From positions 965,798 to 1,029,797 of the forward strand of contig OY970334.1 of the NCBI GenBank assembly GCA_963717445.1: 64,000 nt of DNA, read 5' to 3'. Below the pieces are notes generated by a model that did not search any database, was not told where the DNA came from, and worked only from the letters and a program-made list of their open reading frames with translations. Within the stretch, counting starts at the first letter, position 1. Each line of letters opens with the position of its first letter. The DNA is from an uncultured Bacteroidota bacterium (GTDB lineage: Bacteria; Bacteroidota; Ignavibacteria; UBA10030; UBA8401). The position numbers and the translations under genes are program-made. Positions 45,886 through 56,248 of this stretch are shown piece by piece.

Positions 45886-48702
45886 TTATCCCGCCCATTG
45901 CGTTCCGCAAATATATTTGAAGGCACAGGTTCGGCATTCATGTTCAATATTCTTCGTCGGTTCAAATGGACGATCGATATTTGTAATCTCATCCAACAAT
46001 CCGAAAATGACTTTTTCAAGCAAGATAATTTTCTCGCCGACGGAGTCCGGTTCATCATACAGAGGCTCCTCGATCTTCTCGTCAATTTTCTGTTTACCGA
46101 GAAATAGGAACGCAGGGATGATCTCATGAACACGCATCCCAGCCGCTTTGGCATACAGCATCGCATACAAAGGAAGTTGGAAGGAACCGATAGACTCGCT
46201 CCACGAATCCCGCTCTTCCAGGCGGAGCTTCTTGAAATTTATTCTTGAATATTTTTCATTGCTTCCGGTTTTGTAATCTAGAATATAAACTTTTCCACCC
46301 CGCCGTTCCACACGATCTAATTTCCCTTCGAATTGATATCCGTTCATTGAAGACTCCAGCTTCAATTCAAGGTCAAGCAAAGTAACATTCTCTTTCAGTA
46401 CGGGGATTTGATAATAAATCAGGAAGTCCTTCACATGGGATGCGATTTGCTTCTTTAAAAGATAGATCGAGCCCAGAAGGTTGCTCCCATATTCTTTCGT
46501 AAAAAGTTCATCGATAGTCCGCTCAAGGGTGCTGACATTCAATGCATCTTTTTCCAGCTTTTTATTTCTCAATGTTCGAAAGTATCCAGCAAGAGCTGCA
46601 TGGACGAAAATTCCGACATCTGCCTGCTCCAATTCGCCGGAGACTTCTTCCCGTTCACGCAACTGTAATACGTATCCATAATAAAATCTCAATTGACACT
46701 TCAAATATGTATCCAACGCAGTTGCGTTAAACGAAAAATCTTTCAGGGATGAGACGATGCTTTCTGTTTTCGGAATTGCCGCGGGTAAAGCGTTTGCAAG
46801 CTGAATGCGGTAACGGAGGGTTTGAAGAACGCCGTTTGCGTCAACGGTCTTTTCCCGCTGTTCCTTTTCCCACAGCAGTTTTTCAACATACCTGCTTTTC
46901 TCTTTCTTCCCATCCTGGATGAAAAAGAAATGCACTTCCTTCGCGCCCTGCAGCAATACGCCGAAATAATATTCAGCCATTCGTTCCCTGTCCCGGTATG
47001 TCGACAATCCGAGCGTTTCACGCAGTTTCATCGGCAGGAGAACATCGTGTCCTTTATTGCCGGGAAGGATATCGTCATTGGCATCGAGAATAAAAACCCT
47101 GTCGAATTGCAGATTACGCGTTTCTAAAAATCCGAGCACCTGCAGTCCATGAAGGGGCGTTCCGGTAAACGGAACTTCCGCAGCAGCAACATAATTTCGA
47201 AGGAACGATACATACTCGATAAATTCATCGAACCGGCGATCGCACACCAACGACGTTGAAACGGCGTCAAGGCATTCGACCATCGCTTCCGCAAACGGAC
47301 GGAAAAATGGATGAAGCTGTGCCGTGCTGTGGACATTGATATAACTCAGAACACCTGTCGTTGTCGATGCGAACATTCCGATATTTTCCACCGTATCGAA
47401 CATACGCAATGTATTTGCGTGAATGGAAATTAAATGATCCTTCAACGACTCTGCCGGTACGCTTTCACCCATTCCCGCCATCCGCCTCGCAGCCCGCTCA
47501 AAAAGTGAAGCATTGCCCTCTAATTCTTCCAGCAAGAAAAATCCCGCCGAATGTTCCTTGAGAAACAATTCTTCAATGGTGTTGAAGAGGATGCGCGTGA
47601 TGTCCGAGCGCGAGCCATAGCGAATATTTTTTGTGTATGGATGAAGAACAAATTTCACATATTGGGAAACGGAATAGCGCCCTTCGTACTTCGAGATAAT
47701 CAATTCCATCAGTGTATCGAGAAAACCGTACACGGGCGTTCGAGTCAACGGATATCCGAGAGAAATATTGTATTCATTGTCCGGGATGAGTGCGAGGGTT
47801 TGGTGAAACACCGGAAAGAGTGTCTCCGCTGCCGGCAGTACGATTGCGGTGCGGTCGAACGAAAATCCATCTTGTTTTTTTAACTCATCGACCTTTTTGG
47901 TAAGGGCAAAAACCTGGCCGTGAGTATCGGCGCTTCGATAGAAAGAGAAAGAAGGCTGCGACAATGGCTGCAACGGCGCTTCCAGCGACAAACCGAGTTC
48001 TTTGAGCCGATTGCCGATGCCCGGGCCGTTCTGGAATATCTGTACAACATTATCGAGCGAGCTGAAATGCTTAACAATGATTTTTTCAGAAGTCGTGAAG
48101 GCAAAAAATCCTGCAAAAATAATCTTCGAGCGATCGCTGAAATCAATCGTCGCAATGTTCGTAGCAACAGCCCGGTATTTCATCGAGCGGGTAGTAAAAT
48201 TTCTATCGTCAGCGAGAGAGTAGAATTGTTCGTAAAAAGTGAGAAGTGAGGTGAGCCCGCTGAAGGTAATTCCGGAAAGCGCATCCCGGACCCTCGACAA
48301 AGGGATGTTTGCGATCCACAGCTCTTCCAACTCGCCGAAGATTTTCACCCCGAGCGGCAAAAACGAATCGAACGAGGTGAAATGATCTCCACCGATTCGC
48401 TCGGTGTCGGCTAAATAAATCTCATGGAGTACCGCTGCAGCATCCAACGCCTCCAATGTTCTTTCGGAGAATTTCAACTTGTCCCGGTAAAGAACGTCGA
48501 TAAAATTATCAATCGAGAAAATCCTTGGCGGAATAAAACTTCCACCCACCCTCTGCGCCAGTTTCTTGCGAAGTGCGTGAGCAGGCCGTTTTCCCGGAAA
48601 TACGATAATGTTCTCCGAAAAATCCCGGCCCGTCTGAGTGAGAAGGGGAACAATTTCGTCGATCAAATTCTTCTGAGCCGAAACAAGAGAAACCACGCTC
48701 AT
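45886..48702 (-). CDS. addB: AddB/RexB-type helicase-nuclease subunit (PD-(D/E)XK nuclease, no functional Walker A)
   Basis: About 940 aa. The C-terminal nuclease has an Fe-S Cys cluster (...ECRTCAFKYICGTQW). There is no GxGKT motif. It is immediately downstream of the UvrD-like addA gene. Confidence 0.6.
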   Translation of the reverse strand: MSVVSLVSAQKNLIDEIVPLLTQTGRDFSENIIVFPGKRPAHALRKKLAQRVGGSFIPPRIFSIDNFIDVLYRDKLKFSERTLEALDAAAVLHEIYLADTERIGGDHFTSFDSFLPLGVKIFGELEELWIANIPLSRVRDALSGITFSGLTSLLTFYEQFYSLADDRNFTTRSMKYRAVATNIATIDFSDRSKIIFAGFFAFTTSEKIIVKHFSSLDNVVQIFQNGPGIGNRLKELGLSLEAPLQPLSQPSFSFYRSADTHGQVFALTKKVDELKKQDGFSFDRTAIVLPAAETLFPVFHQTLALIPDNEYNISLGYPLTRTPVYGFLDTLMELIISKYEGRYSVSQYVKFVLHPYTKNIRYGSRSDITRILFNTIEELFLKEHSAGFFLLEELEGNASLFERAARRMAGMGESVPAESLKDHLISIHANTLRMFDTVENIGMFASTTTGVLSYINVHSTAQLHPFFRPFAEAMVECLDAVSTSLVCDRRFDEFIEYVSFLRNYVAAAEVPFTGTPLHGLQVLGFLETRNLQFDRVFILDANDDILPGNKGHDVLLPMKLRETLGLSTYRDRERMAEYYFGVLLQGAKEVHFFFIQDGKKEKSRYVEKLLWEKEQREKTVDANGVLQTLRYRIQLANALPAAIPKTESIVSSLKDFSFNATALDTYLKCQLRFYYGYVLQLREREEVSGELEQADVGIFVHAALAGYFRTLRNKKLEKDALNVSTLERTIDELFTKEYGSNLLGSIYLLKKQIASHVKDFLIYYQIPVLKENVTLLDLELKLESSMNGYQFEGKLDRVERRGGKVYILDYKTGSNEKYSRINFKKLRLEERDSWSESIGSFQLPLYAMLYAKAAGMRVHEIIPAFLFLGKQKIDEKIEEPLYDEPDSVGEKIILLEKVIFGLLDEITNIDRPFEPTKNIEHECRTCAFKYICGTQWAG

Positions 48703-51700
48703 GAAACGCTCCTCGTTTTTTTCAAATCGACGTATGCAATACATCCCCCCACTTCCTTGGCGGGGTAGATTTCTTTCAGTATGAGCATGTAATTTCGAAC
48801 CTGAATAATATAATCGCTTTCGGTTTCGTCCCCGCCGGTTTTGAAATCGACAACCGTTACACTCTTCGGATCGATAACAATTCTATCCGCCCGGTACAGT
48901 GCGCCCTCCCGGTTTGTGAGATCTTGTTCGAGCAGCACGACTCTCCCTTCTTTGCGGATGAAGCACTCGTGTAGATTGGGTTCTTCCAAAAATCGGCAAA
49001 TCAATTTTTTTACCTCCTCAATTGAATCCGGGGCGGGCATTTCATGGCTGACCCCTACAACTGCAGCGTCCACTTGCACTTCGAGGTCGTCGTTGAGAAA
49101 CTCAATGGTCGAAAAGACACGATGGATGAAATCGCCCCTCTTCGCTTCCTGCCTGCCGACGCTCTCATACGTTTGCACCAAAAGAGGTTTTCTTATGGTA
49201 TGGTGAAACGGCAAGAAGAGGTTTTCCTCTTGAACATCGCTCACAATGACCGGGGGTTTTGAAGCGGGTTCATATCCCTTTTGAGGAAGAAATTTGGTGG
49301 GTTCTTTACGCTCTTTCTTATAAACCCCGACAACATACATTTCATTTTCAGCTCTCGTAAAGGCAACATACAGTTTGTTAAATGTATCCACTGTTTCCTT
49401 GAATTGCTCTTCCTTCAATAATACTCTGACCTGCTCAACGTTATCAGCGATCTTCTTGTTCACTTTCAAGATCGATACGGCATCTTCATCTTCACGCAGC
49501 AAAAAACTTTTTCCCCGGGGGATGCTATCATAAAGCAAAACAATCACAACGGGGAATTCCATTCCTTTCGCCTTATGGATAGTCATCACCTGCAAAGCAT
49601 CAATGTCTTTGGGGACGTCGATCTTCCAGACATCGTCGTTGGTGTCATCCTCGGAATATTCAAGAAAGTTTTTTGTGGTGTTTGCTCCCCGTTGTTCGAA
49701 CGCTCGTATCACTTCAAGCAGTTTTACCAAAGACGCTTCTTCATCGGGCGATGTGTAAAATACGTTAAAAATTTTGTATGCCTCCGATACCAAATCATAC
49801 AGAGGAAGATATCCCACAACATTGAAGAGATGCTCAAAATATTCATTCCACACTTTTTGGAAACGATCCCGAAATGCCGTATAGAGCGGATCGCGGCCCC
49901 GTATCCTTGCGTTAACAATGAATTGCGCAATCTCATTTCGGGCTGCGCCGCCTCTTCGTTTCGCCATGACGTTATTGAACACATCCCCGAGAATAAACGT
50001 TGCGAAGGAGAGATCGTCAACGGGGGAATCAAGAAACCGGAGCAGTGCAATAAACTCACCGGCGCTCTTTCGGCGCCTCACGTCAAGCGTGCTGTGCGAA
50101 ATGATCGGGATTCTTTGCTCGTTGAGCCATCCGCTCACTTCGATAACATTGTTGTTGTTCGGCGTAAGAATCGCGATTTCGTTAAAACGGTATCCGCGAG
50201 CATGGCAGTCATCGACGATGCTCAGCAGCTTAAGTTTTTCGGGTGGATCGACTCCGTCTTCTTGAACAACATCGACCTCGACGTATCCTTTGCCGGTATG
50301 GTCCGGAGTGACATGTTGTTCATACGTCGACAGTCCGCTCGCTGCCGCTTCATCGCGAAAACCTTCGCCGGGGATGATCGTGTGAAATACATCTTTAGTG
50401 AACGTAACGATCTTTTCCAGACTTCGATAATTCAGGTCGAGCGAATTCACCTCGTGATGAGCCGAGGGAAACGGGTTCACTTCCGTCAATTGCTTCATAA
50501 TTCTCCAATCGGCATCGCGGAAACCGTAGATCGATTGCTTCGTATCCCCGACAACAAAAAGGCTCCCTCCCTTGGAGAGCGATTCTTCAATCAACGGGAA
50601 TAAATTCCTCCATTGGATTTGCGACGTATCCTGGAACTCATCGATGAGATAATGATAAATCGTTTCGCCGATCTTAAAATATATTTCCGGCACACTCTCA
50701 ACGTTGAGATGCCCGGCGAGTGTCCGATTGACGTCATCGATGAAGACCTGGCCGTTTTGTTTCTTCAATTTCTCGATCGTTTGCTGGAGCAGCGTGTAGG
50801 TCTCGGCATACGGCTGATAATACGATTCAACATACTGAAGAAAAAATTGACCGAGAAGCTCGTTCAATTGCCGGTGTTCGTTGTCAATTTCCCCGATCCA
50901 TCGTTCGTACGCTGCCGTTTCGGCCTTCCCTTTCGGCTTATTGACTGGACTTGCCCGTTGCTTTCTCTCGATCAACGCATGAATGTTATCTGTCCGAATC
51001 AATTCAAGGTCATCGGCAAAGAGGCTGCCGACAGCCAGCCCGGATTTTTTTATCTCCGCTTGGACCTTTAGCGCTTGGGCTTTGATTCGTTCTCGAAGGG
51101 AGAACAGCGTCGATGATGAACTGTTTGAGCTGAGAGGTTTCGTCTGTGCGGCGACGGCTTTATATATTTTTTTAACCTCGCCGGTAAGATGTCCGTACGG
51201 ATTCCACAAAAAAGTACTTTCCCCTCTTCTGCTTTCCGATATCAGTTCGACGATTTTTTCAACAACCCGCGCTTGGCCGGAATTTTCCTTTACCTCCTTC
51301 GAAAAAATGTCGAATGCCTGGTCAAAAAAACTGTCGGCACTCATGAGAATCTCAAAATCGGGGTGATAGCCGTACTCAAGCGACGATGATTTAAAAACAG
51401 TTGACATGAAACTGTCGACTGTTTTTACTTGAAAATCGGAGTAGTTGTCAAGAATTCCATCGATCAATCGACTTGCTTTCAATTCGATATCCGCACGATC
51501 CATCGAAATAAGGTTGCCCAGTTCGCGCAGCGTCTTTTCATCTCCAAATGACGCGAGCTTCAGCAGCGTGAGAATCCGCTGCTTCATCTCCGCGGCAGCG
51601 TTATTGGTGAAGGTTATCGCAAGAACACTTTGGAGGGCATTGTGACGGGTTTTGTCCGACAATAAAATTTGTACATACCGGTGTGTGAGCGCATACGTTT

Positions 51701-51779
51701 TCCCCGCCCCCGCAGATGCAGTCAATACAGTTGCCGATGGCAAAAGAATGTCGGTTTCCTTGTTAATGCCGGAAGGCAT
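48699..51779 (-). CDS. addA: AddA/RexA-type UvrD-family helicase with C-terminal nuclease
   Basis: Walker A TASAGAGKTYALT and the UvrD motif AITFTNNAAAEMKQRI. The C-terminus has a RecB-like nuclease (DFKTGG...YxxQ). Confidence 0.7.
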   Translation of the reverse strand: MPSGINKETDILLPSATVLTASAGAGKTYALTHRYVQILLSDKTRHNALQSVLAITFTNNAAAEMKQRILTLLKLASFGDEKTLRELGNLISMDRADIELKASRLIDGILDNYSDFQVKTVDSFMSTVFKSSSLEYGYHPDFEILMSADSFFDQAFDIFSKEVKENSGQARVVEKIVELISESRRGESTFLWNPYGHLTGEVKKIYKAVAAQTKPLSSNSSSSTLFSLRERIKAQALKVQAEIKKSGLAVGSLFADDLELIRTDNIHALIERKQRASPVNKPKGKAETAAYERWIGEIDNEHRQLNELLGQFFLQYVESYYQPYAETYTLLQQTIEKLKKQNGQVFIDDVNRTLAGHLNVESVPEIYFKIGETIYHYLIDEFQDTSQIQWRNLFPLIEESLSKGGSLFVVGDTKQSIYGFRDADWRIMKQLTEVNPFPSAHHEVNSLDLNYRSLEKIVTFTKDVFHTIIPGEGFRDEAAASGLSTYEQHVTPDHTGKGYVEVDVVQEDGVDPPEKLKLLSIVDDCHARGYRFNEIAILTPNNNNVIEVSGWLNEQRIPIISHSTLDVRRRKSAGEFIALLRFLDSPVDDLSFATFILGDVFNNVMAKRRGGAARNEIAQFIVNARIRGRDPLYTAFRDRFQKVWNEYFEHLFNVVGYLPLYDLVSEAYKIFNVFYTSPDEEASLVKLLEVIRAFEQRGANTTKNFLEYSEDDTNDDVWKIDVPKDIDALQVMTIHKAKGMEFPVVIVLLYDSIPRGKSFLLREDEDAVSILKVNKKIADNVEQVRVLLKEEQFKETVDTFNKLYVAFTRAENEMYVVGVYKKERKEPTKFLPQKGYEPASKPPVIVSDVQEENLFLPFHHTIRKPLLVQTYESVGRQEAKRGDFIHRVFSTIEFLNDDLEVQVDAAVVGVSHEMPAPDSIEEVKKLICRFLEEPNLHECFIRKEGRVVLLEQDLTNREGALYRADRIVIDPKSVTVVDFKTGGDETESDYIIQVRNYMLILKEIYPAKEVGGCIAYVDLKKTRSVS

Positions 51780-51939
51780 AGCACCCTGCTTGAAATGAGA
51801 CCTTCATCTTCAAAGTTTCTAAAACAAAATATCCAAACTTCGGACAGTTTGGACATTCAACAAAAACTATGCGGACGCTGGATCAATTTTCTTCAATGAG
51901 CCGAAGAGATGGATCGATGGATTTGCACTCGGATGAGAG

Positions 51940-52356
51940 TCAAATTGAATATTTTGCCACGATCCACTCGGGGATAACTTCCGCCCTCCCCGTTTTCTGA
52001 TTCACCATCGTATAATGAACATAGCCATCGCATGAAAGCTTGTTGTTTTCTTTTTTAACGATTTCGAATCGCACCTTCACACCGTCCTTAAGGACTTCTT
52101 CGATCCACGTTCGGACAATAATCTTTTCCCCCAGTCCCAGGGGGCGTTTGTGTTCGACATGAGTGGTATTCACAACCCAGCTGTAACCGAGCGCAATGAA
52201 TTCTGCCATATTCATTTTGTAGCAGCGTTCCATCTGATCATATCGGGCCGCAAGGACGTAATCCAAATATCTCGTGTTGTGGACGTGTTGGTTCATGTCG
52301 ATGTCGTCCGGGCGAACCTGGAGCTCGGTTTCAAATTTAGAATGCTGGAGAGCCAT
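51940..52356 (-). CDS. Acyl-CoA thioesterase, hotdog fold (YbgC / 4HBT-like)
   Basis: About 138 aa. ATG verified at 52354-52356. The protein begins MALQHSKFETELQVRPDDIDMNQHVHNTRYLDYV, the 4HBT catalytic region. Confidence 0.65.
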   Translation of the reverse strand: MALQHSKFETELQVRPDDIDMNQHVHNTRYLDYVLAARYDQMERCYKMNMAEFIALGYSWVVNTTHVEHKRPLGLGEKIIVRTWIEEVLKDGVKVRFEIVKKENNKLSCDGYVHYTMVNQKTGRAEVIPEWIVAKYSI

Positions 52357-52612
52357 GGAGTTCCTTGTGCAAACACGATACGAACAATTCGGAGGAAAAT
52401 CAATCCGTCGGACATATCCACGAAGCTCACGAACAAACACGAAGAGAATATGATTAAAGGATGTTATCTATTAGACCCTCTAGGCGAAAAAATTATAAAC
52501 CGCATAATACAGATTTAACCCTTCGTGTTTCTTCGTGTCCTTAGTGGAAGACAAAAAAAGCTCCGGTTGATTGCGGCGCTCCGGAGCTTTCATTGTAAAA
52601 AACAAATGGAAA

Positions 52613-55600
52613 CTAATGTTTGTCCGGATACGGTGGAGGTGGAGGCAGTTTTGCCGGATGTGTTTTCATCTGGTCAAGAATAACTTCAATTGCCTTGTTG
52701 AGCTGTTCGTCGATTCCAGCGTATTCCTTTGCCGGATCATTATCGACAACAATATCCGGGTCTACGCCATGTCCTTCCATAATCCATTTTTTCCCTTCGA
52801 TATCGTAACGGGAGAATTCCGGCTTGTTCAGGAACCCGCCGTCCAGGAAAGGGAGCGAACCGCGAATGCCGACTACTCCTCCCCACGAACGTTTGCCGAC
52901 AATTGGACCGATCTTATATTGTTTGAAGCGATATGCGACAATATCACCGTCGGAAGCAGAGAATTCATCGAGAAGCAATACCTTCGGACCGACCATCGTT
53001 CCGCTCGGGTCTGCACTGAAGGAGGTATTTCGCGCAATATCGATCATTGCGATTTCCCGATGCAATCGTTCGATGATCATCGGCGAAACGAAGCCGCCGC
53101 CGTTGCCGCGTACGTCGACGATGAGCGCTTCTTTCGTCAACTGGGGATAATAGTACTTGACGAACTCGTCCAAGCCGTGGAATCCCATATCGGGAATATG
53201 AACGTAGCCGACTCTTCCGTTCGTCGCTTTTGAAACTTTCTCGATGTTCGACTGCACCCAATTAAAGTAGTACAGTTCATGCTCGTCGCCGGTCGGTACG
53301 ACAACTGTTTCGTGGCTCCCTTCTTCCTTCGGTTCATCGTTCAATGTCAGGGTGACTTGCTTGCCGACGGTCCCGACGAGAGATTCATAAATATTGTTCA
53401 TCTCATTCGTCGGCTTGCCGTTCACTGCAAGAATATATTCCCCCTCTTTAGCGTTGACACCGATTTCAGTGAGAGGAGAGCGAAGGGTATTATCCCAATT
53501 TTGTCCACGAAGGATTTTCACAATGCGATAGTATTGTGAAACCGGATCGCGTTCGATTTTTGCACCAAGCAGGCCGGTCTTAATCCGTTCAGCATGCGGC
53601 ATTTCTCCTCCGCCCACGTATGTATGCCCGGTGCTCAATTCGCCGATCATTTCCCCAAGAATATATGTCAAATCGGCGCGGTGGTTCACGTACGCAACCA
53701 ACGGCTCATAATTCTTGCGGACATTTTCCCAGTCAACACCGCTCATGTTGGGGGCGAAATAGAAATCCCGCATCTGCCGCCATGCTTCGTGGAAGATTTG
53801 GTTCCATTCCGCGTGATGGTCGACCTTCACTTTCATGTCCGAGAGATTTAGCTTCTCCTTTATTTCGATTTTGGAGGTCGGCAAATCGATAATCGCGTAG
53901 GAGCCTTCCTGTCCAACGAGCATCTTTTTCCCGTCGGCAGAAATCTCGAATCCGTTAAAATCCCCAAGCTCGTTCTCTTTCAATTTTTCAAAATCAAAAA
54001 AGAGCAATTTAGATTTCTCATCCTTGCTGCCGTTGCGGATATAATAGAGCTTGTCTCCTACCGATTGTAAGTTGCGATAATTGGCGGCCGAGATCGGCAA
54101 TCCTGCGATGCGCTGTTGCAAACCGTCAAGATCCACTTTGATCGTTGGTTTTGATTCTTCTTTTTCATCTTTCTTCTTGTCCGGCCTATCGGATTCTTTG
54201 CTGACCTCTTTAATGTTCACTTCATCGCTCTTCGGCTCGAATGGAGATTTTGTCTCCTTTGAAAGTGTGACAAAATAAATCTTTGCCATATCGGTATAGA
54301 TATGCTCCAGCTCGGTTTGGCTCAGTGTCGGATTAAAACTTCTATCCGAAATAAAGAAAAGAAATTTTCCGTCGGAACTAAATTCAGGAGAATACGACGA
54401 ATACCATCCGTCAGTAACGGCGTACGATTCTTTCTTTTCGAGCGAATAGAGATAAATATTGGTCATCGATGAGTCTTCTGCTTTTGCATAAGCAATCCAT
54501 TTGCTGTCCGGAGACCATGCATAGTCCGAGAACTCCCAAGCCGTAGCCTGCGCTACTGTGGTTATTTTCTTCGATTCGACCTCCACGTACTGCAGGCGCA
54601 ATTTCTTGTCGGCCCACATGATTTTTTTGCTGTCCGGAGACCAATATCCCTGATATTTGTACGTATCGCCGTTCTTGGTCAATTGCGTTCCCGGTGCACT
54701 CCCGTCCTGAGGCATGATATAAATCTCATCTTCGCCGGATGCGTCCGAGATGTAAGTAATCCACTTACCGTCGGGCGACCATTTGGAATTGCGCTCATGA
54801 ACACCGGATGTGTTCGTCAGGTTACGTGTGTTCCCGTACTTGACCGGCACGGTGAAAATTTCTCCCCTTGCCCCGAAAAGAGCCCTGTTGCCGTCGGGAG
54901 AGATTTCGTAATTCGTAATATTCTTACTTACATCGACAACGTTCGCCCGGCCGATGGCAAAGTCTTCATCAATATAAATTGTTACCTTCTCTGTTTTTTC
55001 TGTCGCGAGGTCAAAACGATAAATGTATCCCCCGTTTTCAAAAACTATAGCGCTATCCCCGAGCGAAGGGAATTTCACATCGAACTCAACAAAGTTTGTC
55101 AATTGCTTTGTTTCTTTGGATGTCAGGTCGTAGGCATAGAGATTCATGCGCTTGTTTTCATCGCGGTCCGACACAAAATAGATTTTGTTCCCGCTCCACA
55201 TCGGAATAATATCTTGCGCCGGATTATTGGTGAGGTCAGTCGTTTGCTTCGTGTCAAAGTCATACAACCATACATCGTCTGCCTGACCGCCGCGATATCG
55301 CTTCCACGTCCGGAACTCCCTAAATATTCTATTATAAACCATTTTCTTTCCATCCGGAGAAAAAGAACAGAACCCACCGCGGGGTAAGGGAAGTTGTTGA
55401 GGCAAACCGCCGTTGATGGAAGTTATGAAAAGTTGTCCCTTGAAATCATTCGGCTCGTTCATTCGAGAACGAAACACGATATGCGAACTATCTTTCCATG
55501 TCATCACGATATTATTCGGACCCATGCGGTCAGAAACATCGTCACGGTCGAGGGTTGCGGTAAATGTGAGCCGTTTCGGAACGCCTCCTTCTGCCGGCAT

Positions 55601-55888
55601 GAGATAGACCTCGGTATTGCCGTCATATTGTCCAGTGAAAGCGATCCATTTGCCGTCGGGCGAAAAGCGGGCAAACATCTCGTATCCTATGTCGCTGGTT
55701 AACTTGCGCGCAACGCCCCCAGTCGATGAAACAGTATATAAATCACCGGCGTAACTAAAAACAATCTTGTCACCGTGTATCGCAGGAAACCTCAATAAAC
55801 GCGCCTCCTGTTGGGTGAACGCCATAGAAGACACCGAAAGGACGAGAGAGAGCAAAAAGATGAGCCTTTTCATAGATAAAACCTTCAT
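52613..55888 (-). CDS. Tricorn-protease-like multidomain peptidase (beta-propellers + PDZ + S41 peptidase)
   Basis: 1091 aa. Has a signal peptide and repeated PD40 / WD-like propeller blades (FSPDGKWIAF, SPDGNRALF, SPDSKKIMW). The C-terminal S41 region includes GYVHIPDM...VDVRGNGGG. Confidence 0.75.
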   Translation of the reverse strand: MKVLSMKRLIFLLSLVLSVSSMAFTQQEARLLRFPAIHGDKIVFSYAGDLYTVSSTGGVARKLTSDIGYEMFARFSPDGKWIAFTGQYDGNTEVYLMPAEGGVPKRLTFTATLDRDDVSDRMGPNNIVMTWKDSSHIVFRSRMNEPNDFKGQLFITSINGGLPQQLPLPRGGFCSFSPDGKKMVYNRIFREFRTWKRYRGGQADDVWLYDFDTKQTTDLTNNPAQDIIPMWSGNKIYFVSDRDENKRMNLYAYDLTSKETKQLTNFVEFDVKFPSLGDSAIVFENGGYIYRFDLATEKTEKVTIYIDEDFAIGRANVVDVSKNITNYEISPDGNRALFGARGEIFTVPVKYGNTRNLTNTSGVHERNSKWSPDGKWITYISDASGEDEIYIMPQDGSAPGTQLTKNGDTYKYQGYWSPDSKKIMWADKKLRLQYVEVESKKITTVAQATAWEFSDYAWSPDSKWIAYAKAEDSSMTNIYLYSLEKKESYAVTDGWYSSYSPEFSSDGKFLFFISDRSFNPTLSQTELEHIYTDMAKIYFVTLSKETKSPFEPKSDEVNIKEVSKESDRPDKKKDEKEESKPTIKVDLDGLQQRIAGLPISAANYRNLQSVGDKLYYIRNGSKDEKSKLLFFDFEKLKENELGDFNGFEISADGKKMLVGQEGSYAIIDLPTSKIEIKEKLNLSDMKVKVDHHAEWNQIFHEAWRQMRDFYFAPNMSGVDWENVRKNYEPLVAYVNHRADLTYILGEMIGELSTGHTYVGGGEMPHAERIKTGLLGAKIERDPVSQYYRIVKILRGQNWDNTLRSPLTEIGVNAKEGEYILAVNGKPTNEMNNIYESLVGTVGKQVTLTLNDEPKEEGSHETVVVPTGDEHELYYFNWVQSNIEKVSKATNGRVGYVHIPDMGFHGLDEFVKYYYPQLTKEALIVDVRGNGGGFVSPMIIERLHREIAMIDIARNTSFSADPSGTMVGPKVLLLDEFSASDGDIVAYRFKQYKIGPIVGKRSWGGVVGIRGSLPFLDGGFLNKPEFSRYDIEGKKWIMEGHGVDPDIVVDNDPAKEYAGIDEQLNKAIEVILDQMKTHPAKLPPPPPYPDKH

Positions 55889-56248
55889 GATGGTGAACGA
55901 TAGTTGTGAGGCAACGTGTATACGGTGCGAGTGGGGAAAAGTTACATCAAATATTGGCGGACGACTTCATATGCTGCCGTATGGTATACTGTGATATTCT
56001 TCCAAAATATACTGTTCAAAAAAGTGTGGTGCAAATCTGCCTTTGCTCTATTATATTAAAGCACTGAACAATATTCTTACGCGCAGGCGCTGGCAAAGCC
56101 GTCACTTCAGAAAAAGCCGCCAATGTTTCATTCGTAATCTGTTCTACGCCTTGGCGACTTTGCGTGAATCAAACTTTCCGGATTTTTCAGAATGCTCATG
56201 ATGTACCTCTTTGCAAATTTCATTTTTGTCCTCACAAATTGAAAAGAC

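Noticed and set aside
45007-46107. 366-aa plus-strand ORF overlapping nth and addB
   Set aside because: It is antisense to two genes with strong homology (endonuclease III Fe-S motifs, AddB nuclease). Its composition is rich in R/F/K and has no motifs. The same reasoning rejects the antisense ORFs 49575..50603, 52571..53233, 54683..55387, 56815..57396, 30898..31665, 13993..14559, 15671..16369, 35036..35563 and 36580..37095.
1-55888. All 32 genes in the first 56 kb are on the minus strand
   Set aside because: This is most simply explained by co-orientation with replication and by long operons. It is not evidence of anything unusual by itself, and the strand switch at ~56 kb has no accompanying dnaA-box-like repeats.
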